Origin: Sandaracinaceae bacterium
Lineage (GTDB): Bacteria; Myxococcota_A; Polyangia; Polyangiales; Sandaracinaceae
Assembly: GCA_044220955.1 (NCBI GenBank)
Contig: JBGAQA010000004.1
Location: 81,413 to 145,412, forward strand
Reading direction: 5' to 3'
DNA: 64,000 bases
Shown: positions 9,574 to 17,909 of the stretch, in pieces
How positions within the stretch are numbered: position 1 is the first letter of the stretch
Layout: every line of letters starts with the position of its first letter
The notes under the pieces: model-generated
The model's input: only the letters and a program-made list of their open reading frames with translations
Databases searched by the model: none
What the model was told of the DNA's origin: nothing
Position numbers and translations under genes: made by a program

Positions 9574-10397
9574 TGGACGATCGCCCGCGCCGCGCGCACA
9601 GTCGTCTCGACGTGGACACGGACGGGCTCGGCTTCGTGATGCTCTTCCTCGGCGCGGTGACGGCGCTGCCGACCCTCGTGCTCCTCTACTTCACGCTGAC
9701 GGACGACGGCGCCCTCGCTCGGTTCCACGCCACGCCGCGCCAGCCCATCCGAGGCGCGCGGTCCGGCGACGCGCTCAAGATCGCCGGCGTCGCCGCTGCG
9801 CTCGAGCCGCTCGTCGGGCCCTTCACGGGCCGTGACGCGGTCTGGTACGCCCTCGTGGTGACGGAGACGGAGCGCTCGTTCGACGGAACGCACCTGCGCG
9901 AGCGCGTCACGCGCCATCTCGCGGAGCAGAGCCGCGCGCCCTTCGTGGTCACGGACGACTCGGGAACGTCGGCGCGCATCGTGGTGGACGGCGAGGAGCT
10001 GCTGCCGAACGTCACCAGCGAGACGTTCGAGCCCCCGCTCCCCGCGCGCGTGCGGCAGGCACTCGAGGCCCGGGGCATCCCGACGCGCGCGAAGGGCGGC
10101 GAGCCGAGGCACCTCGTCTGCATCGAGCGCGCGATCGCGCCGGCAGACCCCGTGGTCGCGATCGGTCCGGCGCGGCGCGTGACGAGCGGGAGCGGCGAGG
10201 CGACGAGCTACCGCGACGCCCCGACCGAGCTCGTCCTCGGCGAGCGCGCCGCGTCCGGAGCGCGCATGTTCGTGCTGACGAACCGCCCCGAGCGGGAGCT
10301 CGGCGCGGGCGAGCGTCGCTTGACCCAGATCACCTGGGCGCTCGCCGCCTCCACGCTCGCGCTGCTCGGCGGCGGCGCGTGGCTCTTCTTCGGGTGA
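9573..10397 (+). CDS. Two-TM membrane protein with GIDE-like domain
   Basis: N- and C-terminal TM helices flank EPLVGPFTGRDAVWY...PFVVTDDSG...ERAIAPADPVVAIG, a GIDE-like pattern. The start may be 9612 or 9639. Confidence 0.55.
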   Translation: MDDRPRRAHSRLDVDTDGLGFVMLFLGAVTALPTLVLLYFTLTDDGALARFHATPRQPIRGARSGDALKIAGVAAALEPLVGPFTGRDAVWYALVVTETERSFDGTHLRERVTRHLAEQSRAPFVVTDDSGTSARIVVDGEELLPNVTSETFEPPLPARVRQALEARGIPTRAKGGEPRHLVCIERAIAPADPVVAIGPARRVTSGSGEATSYRDAPTELVLGERAASGARMFVLTNRPERELGAGERRLTQITWALAASTLALLGGGAWLFFG

Positions 10398-10485
10398 CGC
10401 AGCCGCTTTCTTCGTTGCGCCCCGCGGAGCGCCCGGATAGCGTGCCCCCCCGACCGCGCCGGTTTTTCGCGCGGGGGAGTGATCG

Positions 10486-11316
10486 ATGGCCGAAGCCGTT
10501 GCCGGAGGCAGCGCAGGGGACAAGCCCCGCAGGCGCCGCCTGCGCGTGTACATGGAGACCCGCCGCAAGGACACGTGGTGGGCGCCGCAGCTCCTGACCT
10601 TCGTGGTCTTCACGTCGTTCATCGTCTACGCGACGTGGGCCGCCTTCCAGGGCGAGTACTACACGAGCGGGCCCTACCTCTCGCCGTTCTACGCGCCCGA
10701 GCTCTGGGGCACCTCGCACCACGCGTGGTTCGGGCCGCCGCCGGACTGGATCCCCGCCTGGATCCCCTTCACGCCCGCGCTCCTGATCCTCCCGTTCCCC
10801 GGGGGCTTCCGCTTCACCTGCTACTACTACCGCGGCGCCTACTACAAGGCGTTCTGGCAGGACCCGCCGAGCTGCGCCGTCGGCGAGGCGCGCGGCAAGA
10901 GCTTCTGGGGCGAGAACTCGCTCCCGCTGATCCTGCAGAACGTGCACCGCTACTTCATGTACGCGGCCGTCGTGTTCATCTTCTTGCTGAGCTACGACGT
11001 GTGGCTCGCGATGTGGTTCCCGGACGCGGCGGGCGTCGAGCACTTCGGCATCGGCGTCGGCACCATCATCATGTTCGTCAACGTGTGCCTGCTCGCCAGC
11101 TACACGTTCGGCTGCCACTCGCTCCGGCACCTCATCGGCGGCGGCAAGGACGCGCTCCCGAAGGGAGGCCTCGGTGCCGCTTGCTACGACGGCTGCTCCA
11201 AGCTCAACACCAAGCACCAGCTCTTCGCCTGGTGCTCTCTCTTTTCCGTCGCGCTGACGGACGTCTACATCCGCCTCTGCTCGATGGGCATCATCACCGA
11301 CTTCAGGATCATCTGA
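10486..11316 (+). CDS. Succinate dehydrogenase membrane anchor, Sdh1/Rv0249c type
   Basis: Multi-TM protein with FRFTCYYYRGAYY, QNVHRYF and YTFGCHSLRH motifs; overlaps the sdhA start (TGATG). Confidence 0.85.
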   Translation: MAEAVAGGSAGDKPRRRRLRVYMETRRKDTWWAPQLLTFVVFTSFIVYATWAAFQGEYYTSGPYLSPFYAPELWGTSHHAWFGPPPDWIPAWIPFTPALLILPFPGGFRFTCYYYRGAYYKAFWQDPPSCAVGEARGKSFWGENSLPLILQNVHRYFMYAAVVFIFLLSYDVWLAMWFPDAAGVEHFGIGVGTIIMFVNVCLLASYTFGCHSLRHLIGGGKDALPKGGLGAACYDGCSKLNTKHQLFAWCSLFSVALTDVYIRLCSMGIITDFRII

Positions 11317-13130
11317 TGGCTACGGAGTACCAGACACACGAGCACGACGTGATCGTGCTCGGAGCCGGCGGCGCGGGTCTGCGCGCGGCGATCGAAGCTT
11401 CGGCAGTCGGCGTCCGCGTCGCCGTCCTCACCAAGTCGCTGCTCGGCAAGGCGCACACCGTCATGGCCGAGGGCGGCATGGCGGCGGCGATGGGCAACGT
11501 GGACGACCGCGACAACTGGAAGGTGCACTTCGCCGACACGATGCGTGGCGGGCAGTACCTGAACCAGTGGCGCATGGCCGAGCTCCACGCGAAGGAGGCG
11601 CCCGAGCGCGTCAAGGAGCTCGAGGCGTGGGGAGCCGTCTTCGATCGCACCAAGGACGGCCGCATCCTCCAGCGCAACTTCGGCGGGCACCGCTATCCGC
11701 GCCTCGCGCACGTCGGCGACCGCACGGGCCTCGAGCTGATCCGCACGCTGCAGGACCACGGCGTCCACAAGGGCATCGACTTCTTCATGGAGGTCACGGC
11801 CGTCCGCCTGCTGAAGGACGGGGACCGCGTCGCGGGCGTGTTCGCGTATGACCGCGAGCGCGGACGCTTCCGCGTCTTCAAGGCCAAGGCCGTCGTCCTC
11901 GCCACGGGCGGTATCGGCCGCGCCTACAAGATCACCAGCAACAGCTGGGAGTACACCGGCGACGGTCAGTCGCTCGCGTACCACGCGGGCGCGACGCTGA
12001 TGGACATGGAGTTCGTCCAGTTCCACCCGACGGGCATGGTGTGGCCGCCGAGCGTGCGCGGCATCCTCGTGACCGAAGGCGTGCGGGGCGAGGGCGGCGT
12101 CCTCCGGAACAAGGAGGGCAAGCGCTTCATGTTCGACGACATCCCCGAGAACTACAAGTCGAGCACGTCCGACAACGAGGAAGAGGGCTGGCGCTACGTC
12201 ACCGGCGACAAGGGCGCGCGCCGCCCGCCCGAGCTGCTCACGCGCGACCACGTCGCGCGCTGCATCCGCCGCGAGGTGAAGGCGGGACGAGGGTCGCCGC
12301 ACGGCGGCGTGTTCCTCGACATCGCGTGGATCAAGGAGAAGGTCCCGAACGCGCCCGAGCACATCAAGCGCAAGCTGCCCAGCATGTACCACCAGTTCAT
12401 GCAGCTCGCGGGCGTCGACATCACCAAGGAGGCGATGGAGGTCGGCCCGACGACGCACTACATCATGGGCGGTGTGCAGGTGGACTCGGACACGCAGATG
12501 TCCGCGGTGCCGGGCCTCTTCGCGGCGGGCGAGGTCGGCGCCGGGCTGCACGGCGCGAACCGCCTGGGCGGCAACTCGCTCTCGGACCTCATCGTCTTCG
12601 GCAAGCGCGCGGGCGAGTACGCCGCGAAGTACGCGAAGGACAACGCGGACGTCTCGGTGGCGAGCGATCAGATCGACGAGATCGCCAAGCTCGCGCTCGC
12701 GCCCTTCGAGCGGGACGCGAAGGAAGGCCCCTACGACGTCCAGTACGCGCTGCAGGACATGATGCAGGACCTCGTCGGCATCGTCCGCGTCGAGGACGAG
12801 ATGAAGAAGGCGCTCGAGGGCCTCGAGGAGCTGAAGGCGCGCGCGGTGAAGGTCGGCGTGCACGGCAACCGCGAGTACAACCCCGGCTGGCACACGGCGC
12901 TCGACCTCGACAACCTGCTCACGGTCAGCGAGGCGATCACGCGCGCTGCGATCGAGCGCAAGGAGTCGCGCGGCGGCCACTTCCGCGACGACTACCCGGA
13001 GAAGGCCGCCGAGTTCTCGAAGTTCAACGTCGTGATCAAGAAGGGCAAGGGCGGCGAGATGGAGGTCTCGCGCCAGAACCTCACTCCGATGCGTGATGAC
13101 CTCGCCAAGGTCATCGAGGAGAACAAGTAG
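11316..13130 (+). CDS. sdhA: Succinate dehydrogenase/fumarate reductase flavoprotein subunit
   Basis: GAGGAGL, KAHTVMAEGG (covalent FAD His), MEFVQFHPTG, THYIMGG, LHGANRLGGNSL, ESRGGHFR. Confidence 0.96.
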   Translation: MATEYQTHEHDVIVLGAGGAGLRAAIEASAVGVRVAVLTKSLLGKAHTVMAEGGMAAAMGNVDDRDNWKVHFADTMRGGQYLNQWRMAELHAKEAPERVKELEAWGAVFDRTKDGRILQRNFGGHRYPRLAHVGDRTGLELIRTLQDHGVHKGIDFFMEVTAVRLLKDGDRVAGVFAYDRERGRFRVFKAKAVVLATGGIGRAYKITSNSWEYTGDGQSLAYHAGATLMDMEFVQFHPTGMVWPPSVRGILVTEGVRGEGGVLRNKEGKRFMFDDIPENYKSSTSDNEEEGWRYVTGDKGARRPPELLTRDHVARCIRREVKAGRGSPHGGVFLDIAWIKEKVPNAPEHIKRKLPSMYHQFMQLAGVDITKEAMEVGPTTHYIMGGVQVDSDTQMSAVPGLFAAGEVGAGLHGANRLGGNSLSDLIVFGKRAGEYAAKYAKDNADVSVASDQIDEIAKLALAPFERDAKEGPYDVQYALQDMMQDLVGIVRVEDEMKKALEGLEELKARAVKVGVHGNREYNPGWHTALDLDNLLTVSEAITRAAIERKESRGGHFRDDYPEKAAEFSKFNVVIKKGKGGEMEVSRQNLTPMRDDLAKVIEENK

Positions 13131-13886
13131 ATGGCCGGCAAGGTCACGCTCAAGATCTGGCGCGGCGGCGTCGACGGCGAGTTCAAGGAGTACACGGTCG
13201 ACGCGGACGACGGCATGGTCGTCCTCGACGTCGTGCACAAGGTCCAGGCCGAGCAGGCCAACGACCTCGCGGTGCGCTGGAATTGCAAGGCCGGCAAGTG
13301 CGGCAGCTGCTCGGCCGAGATCAACGGCATGCCGCGCCTCATGTGCATGACGCGCCTGGACACCATCGACACGACGCAGCCGATCACCGTCGAGCCGATC
13401 GCGAGCTTCCCGCTCGTCCGGGATCTCGTGACCGACGTGTCGTGGAACTACGAGGCGAAGAAGAAGATCAAGCCGTTCAAGCCGCGCAAGCCGGACGCGG
13501 AGGACGGCACGTGGCGGATGGACCAGCGCGACGTCGATCGCGTCCAGGAATTCCGCAAGTGCATCGAGTGCTACCTCTGCCAGAACGTGTGTCACGTCAT
13601 CCGCGACCACGACAAGCACGTCGAAGGGAAGGACGGAGTCGGATTCGTCGGGCCCCGCTACTTCGTGTACGCCGCGGCGCTCGAGATGCATCCGCTCGAC
13701 ACCGAGGACCGCGAGCCCGACCTCAAGGAAGCGCACGCCATCGGCTACTGCAACATCACGAAGTGCTGCACGGTCGTGTGTCCCGAGCACATCACGATCA
13801 CCGACAACGCGATCATCCCGCTCAAGGAGCGGGTCGCGGACCGGTTCTACGATCCGATCCGGCGCATGTTCCGCATCGTGAGGTGA
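13131..13886 (+). CDS. sdhB: Succinate dehydrogenase/fumarate reductase Fe-S subunit
   Basis: CKAGKCGSC...C, CIECYLCQNVC and CNITKCCTVVCP cluster motifs. Confidence 0.95.
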   Translation: MAGKVTLKIWRGGVDGEFKEYTVDADDGMVVLDVVHKVQAEQANDLAVRWNCKAGKCGSCSAEINGMPRLMCMTRLDTIDTTQPITVEPIASFPLVRDLVTDVSWNYEAKKKIKPFKPRKPDAEDGTWRMDQRDVDRVQEFRKCIECYLCQNVCHVIRDHDKHVEGKDGVGFVGPRYFVYAAALEMHPLDTEDREPDLKEAHAIGYCNITKCCTVVCPEHITITDNAIIPLKERVADRFYDPIRRMFRIVR

Positions 13887-13895
13887 CGAGAAATT

Positions 13896-13930
13896 CCCTC
13901 TCCCACTTCGTGGGAGAGGGTTAGGGTGAG
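13896..13930. repeat. BoxC-like palindromic intergenic element
   Basis: CCCTCTCCCAC-ttc-GTGGGAGAGGG followed by TTAGGGTGAG, resembling the widespread CCCTCACCCTAACCCTCTCCC...GGGAGAGGG repeat family. Confidence 0.7.
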
Positions 13931-13945
13931 CCTGGGGAGGCACGA

Positions 13946-14452
13946 ATGGCTCGTCATCACCTGAAGTCGATCGCGAAGGAGTCGGTCCCGCGGGCGCTCG
14001 AGAAGGCGGAGCGTTACCGCTTGCTGAACGAGCCCTTCCTCGCCGAGAGCATCTGCCTCGACATCCTCGCGATCGAGCCGGAGAACGAGGCGGCGCTCGT
14101 CTGCTACGTGCTCTCGCTCACCGACCAGTTCGGCGCGGGCCCAGGCGGGAGCGTGAAGAAGGCGCGCGCCGCGGTCGCCAAGCTGAGGACCGAGTACCAG
14201 CGGCACTACTACTCGGGTCTCATCTGCGAGCGCCGCGGTCAGGCCTACGCCGAGAGCAACGCGATGGGATCGCGCGACGCCGCCTGGGATTACATCGCGG
14301 AGGCGATGGAGTGCTACGAGCGGGCGGCCGCGGACACGCACGAGAAGGGCAACGACGACCCGATCCTGCGGTGGAACACCTGCGTCCGGCTCATCGAGGC
14401 CCACGGCCTGGTCGAGCCCAGCGTCGAGCGCAGCGAGCACCCGCTCGAGTAG
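13946..14452 (+). CDS. Hypothetical helical (TPR-like) protein
   Basis: GGAGG RBS, typical codon bias; ALEKAERYRLLNEP...AESICLD...GNDDPILRWNTC. Confidence 0.8.
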   Translation: MARHHLKSIAKESVPRALEKAERYRLLNEPFLAESICLDILAIEPENEAALVCYVLSLTDQFGAGPGGSVKKARAAVAKLRTEYQRHYYSGLICERRGQAYAESNAMGSRDAAWDYIAEAMECYERAAADTHEKGNDDPILRWNTCVRLIEAHGLVEPSVERSEHPLE

Positions 14453-14473
14453 CCGAGCGTCGGGCCTCGGGAG

Positions 14474-15274
14474 ATGGTGTTCGATCCCTTCTCGGCGTCT
14501 CCGGGCAAGCGTGCCGTGGAGCGCGCGTGGCTCGCGTACACCCCCGTCTGGGGCGCGATCACGGGCGTGATCATGCTCGGGGGCTTCGCCGAGACGTGGG
14601 GCGACGTGCCGCTCCTCGTCTTCGGAGTCGTCCTCGCGCTCGGCTGCGTCGCGGCGCCGCTCGTGCGCTCGCGCGAGCCTGCAGTGCTCCGCGCCTGGGC
14701 GGCGATGACGCTCGCCGCCGTCGTGCTCGCGTTCGGGCTCAACCTCCTGCAGACGCCCTACTTCTTCGACGTGCTGCACATGCGCTACGGGTTCCACGCG
14801 AGCTGGCGGATCGATCGCAACCCGGTGTTCCTGTACCTCGTCACGATCCCCTACTTCGCGACGTACTCGGTGCTGGCGTGCATGGCGGTGCGCGCCGCGA
14901 GGCACTTCGCACCGGCGGCCGTGCGCGCGCTCGCGATCGCACTCGTGCCCTTCGCGCTCGCGTTCCTCGAGACGCTCCTCAACGCGAACCCGCTGATGAC
15001 GCGCCTCTTCTGCTACGACGACCTGCTCCTGATGCTCTGGTTCGGGACGCTCTCCTACGGAGTCTCGTTCGTGCTCGCGCTGCCGATGTGGCTGGAGCTC
15101 GCGGAGCCTGGCGGCCGGCTCTCGTCGATCGCGCGCGCGCTCGTCGTGGCGCTCGCCGTCGTGGTCGCCGACGCGCTCGTCCTGGCCGCGGTGCGCGGGA
15201 CCCTCGCGCCGCGCGTCACCACGGTGGTCGACGATGCGAGCGGCGGCGTCGGCGGGTGCCTCGAGGCGCCGTGA
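14474..15274 (+). CDS. Cycloeucalenol cycloisomerase (cyclopropylsterol isomerase, CPI1) homologue
   Basis: Polytopic membrane protein. SPGKRAVE..LAYTPVW, NLLQTPYFFDVL, AFLET and YGVSFVLALPM align by eye with plant CPI1 NPSKRWGE..YTPFW, NYFWTHYFFKVL, AYLET and YAIYFIVSFPM. Confidence 0.8.
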   Translation: MVFDPFSASPGKRAVERAWLAYTPVWGAITGVIMLGGFAETWGDVPLLVFGVVLALGCVAAPLVRSREPAVLRAWAAMTLAAVVLAFGLNLLQTPYFFDVLHMRYGFHASWRIDRNPVFLYLVTIPYFATYSVLACMAVRAARHFAPAAVRALAIALVPFALAFLETLLNANPLMTRLFCYDDLLLMLWFGTLSYGVSFVLALPMWLELAEPGGRLSSIARALVVALAVVVADALVLAAVRGTLAPRVTTVVDDASGGVGGCLEAP

Positions 15275-15308
15275 CCCGGACGCGCTGGGCGCGTACTCTC
15301 CCGACGAG

Positions 15309-16517
15309 ATGAGCGCCACCGACGGGCGTCCGAGGCGCGGCTCGCGGCTGGCGCTGGGTGGCGTGATGCTGGCCCTGCTCGGGACCCTCGCCTGGCTCGT
15401 GCTCGTGTTCGTCCCCGAGCGTCGCCTCGCGCGCGCGCTCGAGCGCATCGAGGTGGCCGAGCGGGAGCTCGAGCGGCCGGTCGACCGCCCGGCGATCGGC
15501 GGCGAGCCGCGTGACTGCGAGTCGAGCGCGACGCTCGCGGCGCCGGCCCTCGCGATCGAGGCGCATGCGTCGATCTCGGACGTCGACCGGCCGCGCGACA
15601 TCGCGTACCCGCCGCACCCGTATCACGGCCTCCCCGACCTCGGGACGACGCCGCCGCCGGACGACCCGTACGAGGCGCTCGCGTGGGCGCGCCCCGACCG
15701 TGACGATGCGCTCGCGTTCCTCGACGCGGCGCGCTGCTCGCGAGCGGCTCGCGCGGTCCGCGGCGCCGATGGGCACCTCACCCATCCCGCGTCCCGCAGC
15801 GCGATGGTCGCGCTGGCGAACCTCCGCGGCGAGCCGGCCGCGTGTCTGCGCGCGACGGCGGCGATCGTGCGGCTGCTCGAGGACGTGGCGCCCAGCGACG
15901 ATGTCTTCGGCGAGCGCAGCTACGCCGAGCCCACGATCGAGCTCGCGACGAGCGTCGGTCTGGCGTGCGCGCGCGAGGCACCCGCGGAGCTCGCCGTGTC
16001 CGTCGCCCGCGCGCTGCGCGAGCTGGACGCAGGGACGCTCGACGGATGGATCGCGGACGGGATGCGCGCCGAGCTCGTGACGATGGCGCGCTCGATGCTC
16101 GAGGGAGATCGAGGTGGGTCGGTGTGGCGCTGGCTCCATCGCGTGCAGGACGAGCGCTTCGTCGAGGCCGAGCTCGACGCGGCCGATCGCTGGGCCGCGA
16201 TCCGGTCCCACCCCGAGCGCGAGCGGATCGCGGCGCTGTCGGCCCCGGCCTACCACGTGTCTCCGGCCGTCGATGCGCGTGCGCTGACGGCGCGCCGCGC
16301 GCGCGTGCGCGCCTACGTGATCGCGCTCGAGGCGCTCGCGGCCGCTCCGCCGGGCGAGGCGCCCGTGCCCGTGCCGGCCGCGATCGATCTCGTCGATCCG
16401 CTCGGCGGCACGCCGCTCGGGGCGCGCACCGCAGACGACGGTGCGCTCGAGGTCTTCCGCGCTGGAGCTGCGGGCGCCGAGCCCGAGGTGCTCGTGCGCG
16501 CGCTTGCGCGCCGCTGA
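15309..16517 (+). CDS. Hypothetical single-TM protein
   Basis: Part of ORF 15234..16517 from ATG 15309; N-terminal TM helix, helical body. Confidence 0.6.
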   Translation: MSATDGRPRRGSRLALGGVMLALLGTLAWLVLVFVPERRLARALERIEVAERELERPVDRPAIGGEPRDCESSATLAAPALAIEAHASISDVDRPRDIAYPPHPYHGLPDLGTTPPPDDPYEALAWARPDRDDALAFLDAARCSRAARAVRGADGHLTHPASRSAMVALANLRGEPAACLRATAAIVRLLEDVAPSDDVFGERSYAEPTIELATSVGLACAREAPAELAVSVARALRELDAGTLDGWIADGMRAELVTMARSMLEGDRGGSVWRWLHRVQDERFVEAELDAADRWAAIRSHPERERIAALSAPAYHVSPAVDARALTARRARVRAYVIALEALAAAPPGEAPVPVPAAIDLVDPLGGTPLGARTADDGALEVFRAGAAGAEPEVLVRALARR

Positions 16518-16523
16518 GTGCGC

Positions 16524-17204
16524 TCAGTCCCGCACGAGCGGGCCGAACATCCAGACGCCGCCGGCGCCCACGACCAGATCGTACGCGAGCAAGATCTGGC
16601 ACCAGCGCAGCGTCTGCGCGATCTCCGTCGGAGCGAAGATCTCGCGCGTCGCGACGACCGCCGCGAGCAGCGCGGGCGCGACGAGCGGAAACACGATCAC
16701 CGCGACGAGCAGGTCTCGCGCGCCCGTGCGGACGGTCATCGCGCCGAAGAGCGTGCCGGCGAGCACCTGCCCGAGCGTGCCGAGCGCCAGGACCGGCAGC
16801 GCGGGCAGCATCACGCGCGGCAGATCGACGTGATAGAGGAGGGCGACGATCGGCAGGAGCAGCCCCTCGACGATCCCGAGGAAGACGAGCGCGCTGAGCA
16901 CCTTGCCGAGGTAGATGCCGCTCGCCGGGATCGGCGCGAGCAGGAGGCCCCTCATCGCGTCGTTGTCGCGCTCGCGGGCGAACGAGCGCCCGACCGCCAG
17001 CACGCCGGAGAAGGACACGGCGATCCACAGCACACCAGGGGCCAGGGCGCGCGCGTCCACCTCGTCGAGGTAGAACGAGAGCGACGCGAGGACGGCGACG
17101 AGCAGCGAGAAGAGCGCGGTCGAGACCACGATCTCGCGCGTGCGCCGCTCGATCGCCAGATCCTTGCCGAGCACCAGCCACGCGGCGCGCAGGACCTCGC
17201 TCAT
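16524..17204 (-). CDS. ccmB: Heme exporter permease CcmB
   Basis: KDLAIERRTRE, PGVLW, FARERDNDAMRGLLLAP, IYLGK; about 6 TM helices. Confidence 0.92.
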   Translation of the reverse strand: MSEVLRAAWLVLGKDLAIERRTREIVVSTALFSLLVAVLASLSFYLDEVDARALAPGVLWIAVSFSGVLAVGRSFARERDNDAMRGLLLAPIPASGIYLGKVLSALVFLGIVEGLLLPIVALLYHVDLPRVMLPALPVLALGTLGQVLAGTLFGAMTVRTGARDLLVAVIVFPLVAPALLAAVVATREIFAPTEIAQTLRWCQILLAYDLVVGAGGVWMFGPLVRD

Positions 17205-17226
17205 CGGCGCGCGCTCTCCTCGGGGC

Positions 17227-17880
17227 TCACGCGGCCTCCTGCACGCGGCCGCCCGCGATCCGGATGCGCGCGTCGGCGACGGCGCCGCCGAAGACCGGGT
17301 CGTGCGTCACGATCGCCACGATCGCGCCGCGCGCGCGCTCGGCTCTCACCGCGACGACCAGCAGCTCGCTCGCGTGGGCGTCGAGCCCGGTCGAGGGCTC
17401 GTCGAGGAAGAGCACCTTCGGCTCGTGTACGAGCGCGCGGGCGAGCGCGACGCGCTGGATCTGTCCCCGCGAGAAGGTCCGCAGCGGGCGCTCGCCGAAG
17501 CCGCCGATCTCGAAGCGCTCGCGCAGGGCGTTCACCCGCAGGTCCGGCCGCGCGACCCCGTGCAGGCGCGCCGCCAAGAGGAGGTTTTCGACGCCGCTCA
17601 GGTCCGGATAGCAGAACGACGCGTGGGAGAGCACGCCGATCTGCCCGCGCAGGCCGTCCCGGCTCGCGAGCGCGTCGACGTCACCGAAGCGGAGCGTCCC
17701 GCGCGTCGGCCGGATCTCCAGCGTGAGGATCCCGAGCAGCGTGCTCTTGCCCGCGCCGTTGGGCCCCTCGATGACGGTGATCGCACCGGCGCGCAGGTCC
17801 ACGTCGACGCCGGCGAGCGCGCGCGTCGCCCCGTAGGTCTTGGTGAGGCCATGCGCCTCCACGCGATCGAAGTCGGACAC
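17227..17880 (-). CDS. ccmA: Heme ABC exporter ATP-binding protein CcmA
   Basis: GPNGAGKST, FSRGQIQR, FLDEPSTGLD; directly upstream of ccmB. Confidence 0.88.
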   Translation of the reverse strand: MSDFDRVEAHGLTKTYGATRALAGVDVDLRAGAITVIEGPNGAGKSTLLGILTLEIRPTRGTLRFGDVDALASRDGLRGQIGVLSHASFCYPDLSGVENLLLAARLHGVARPDLRVNALRERFEIGGFGERPLRTFSRGQIQRVALARALVHEPKVLFLDEPSTGLDAHASELLVVAVRAERARGAIVAIVTHDPVFGGAVADARIRIAGGRVQEAA

Positions 17881-17909
17881 GGTCCTCTGGGTGTGCTCGC
17901 CGCGGCCGA

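Noticed and set aside
4761..10622. 1953-aa minus-strand ORF, and similar giants at 35474..41659, 2976..7145 and 56885..60034
   Set aside because: Mostly Arg/Ala-rich shadow frames caused by high GC; only the terminal parts are real genes.
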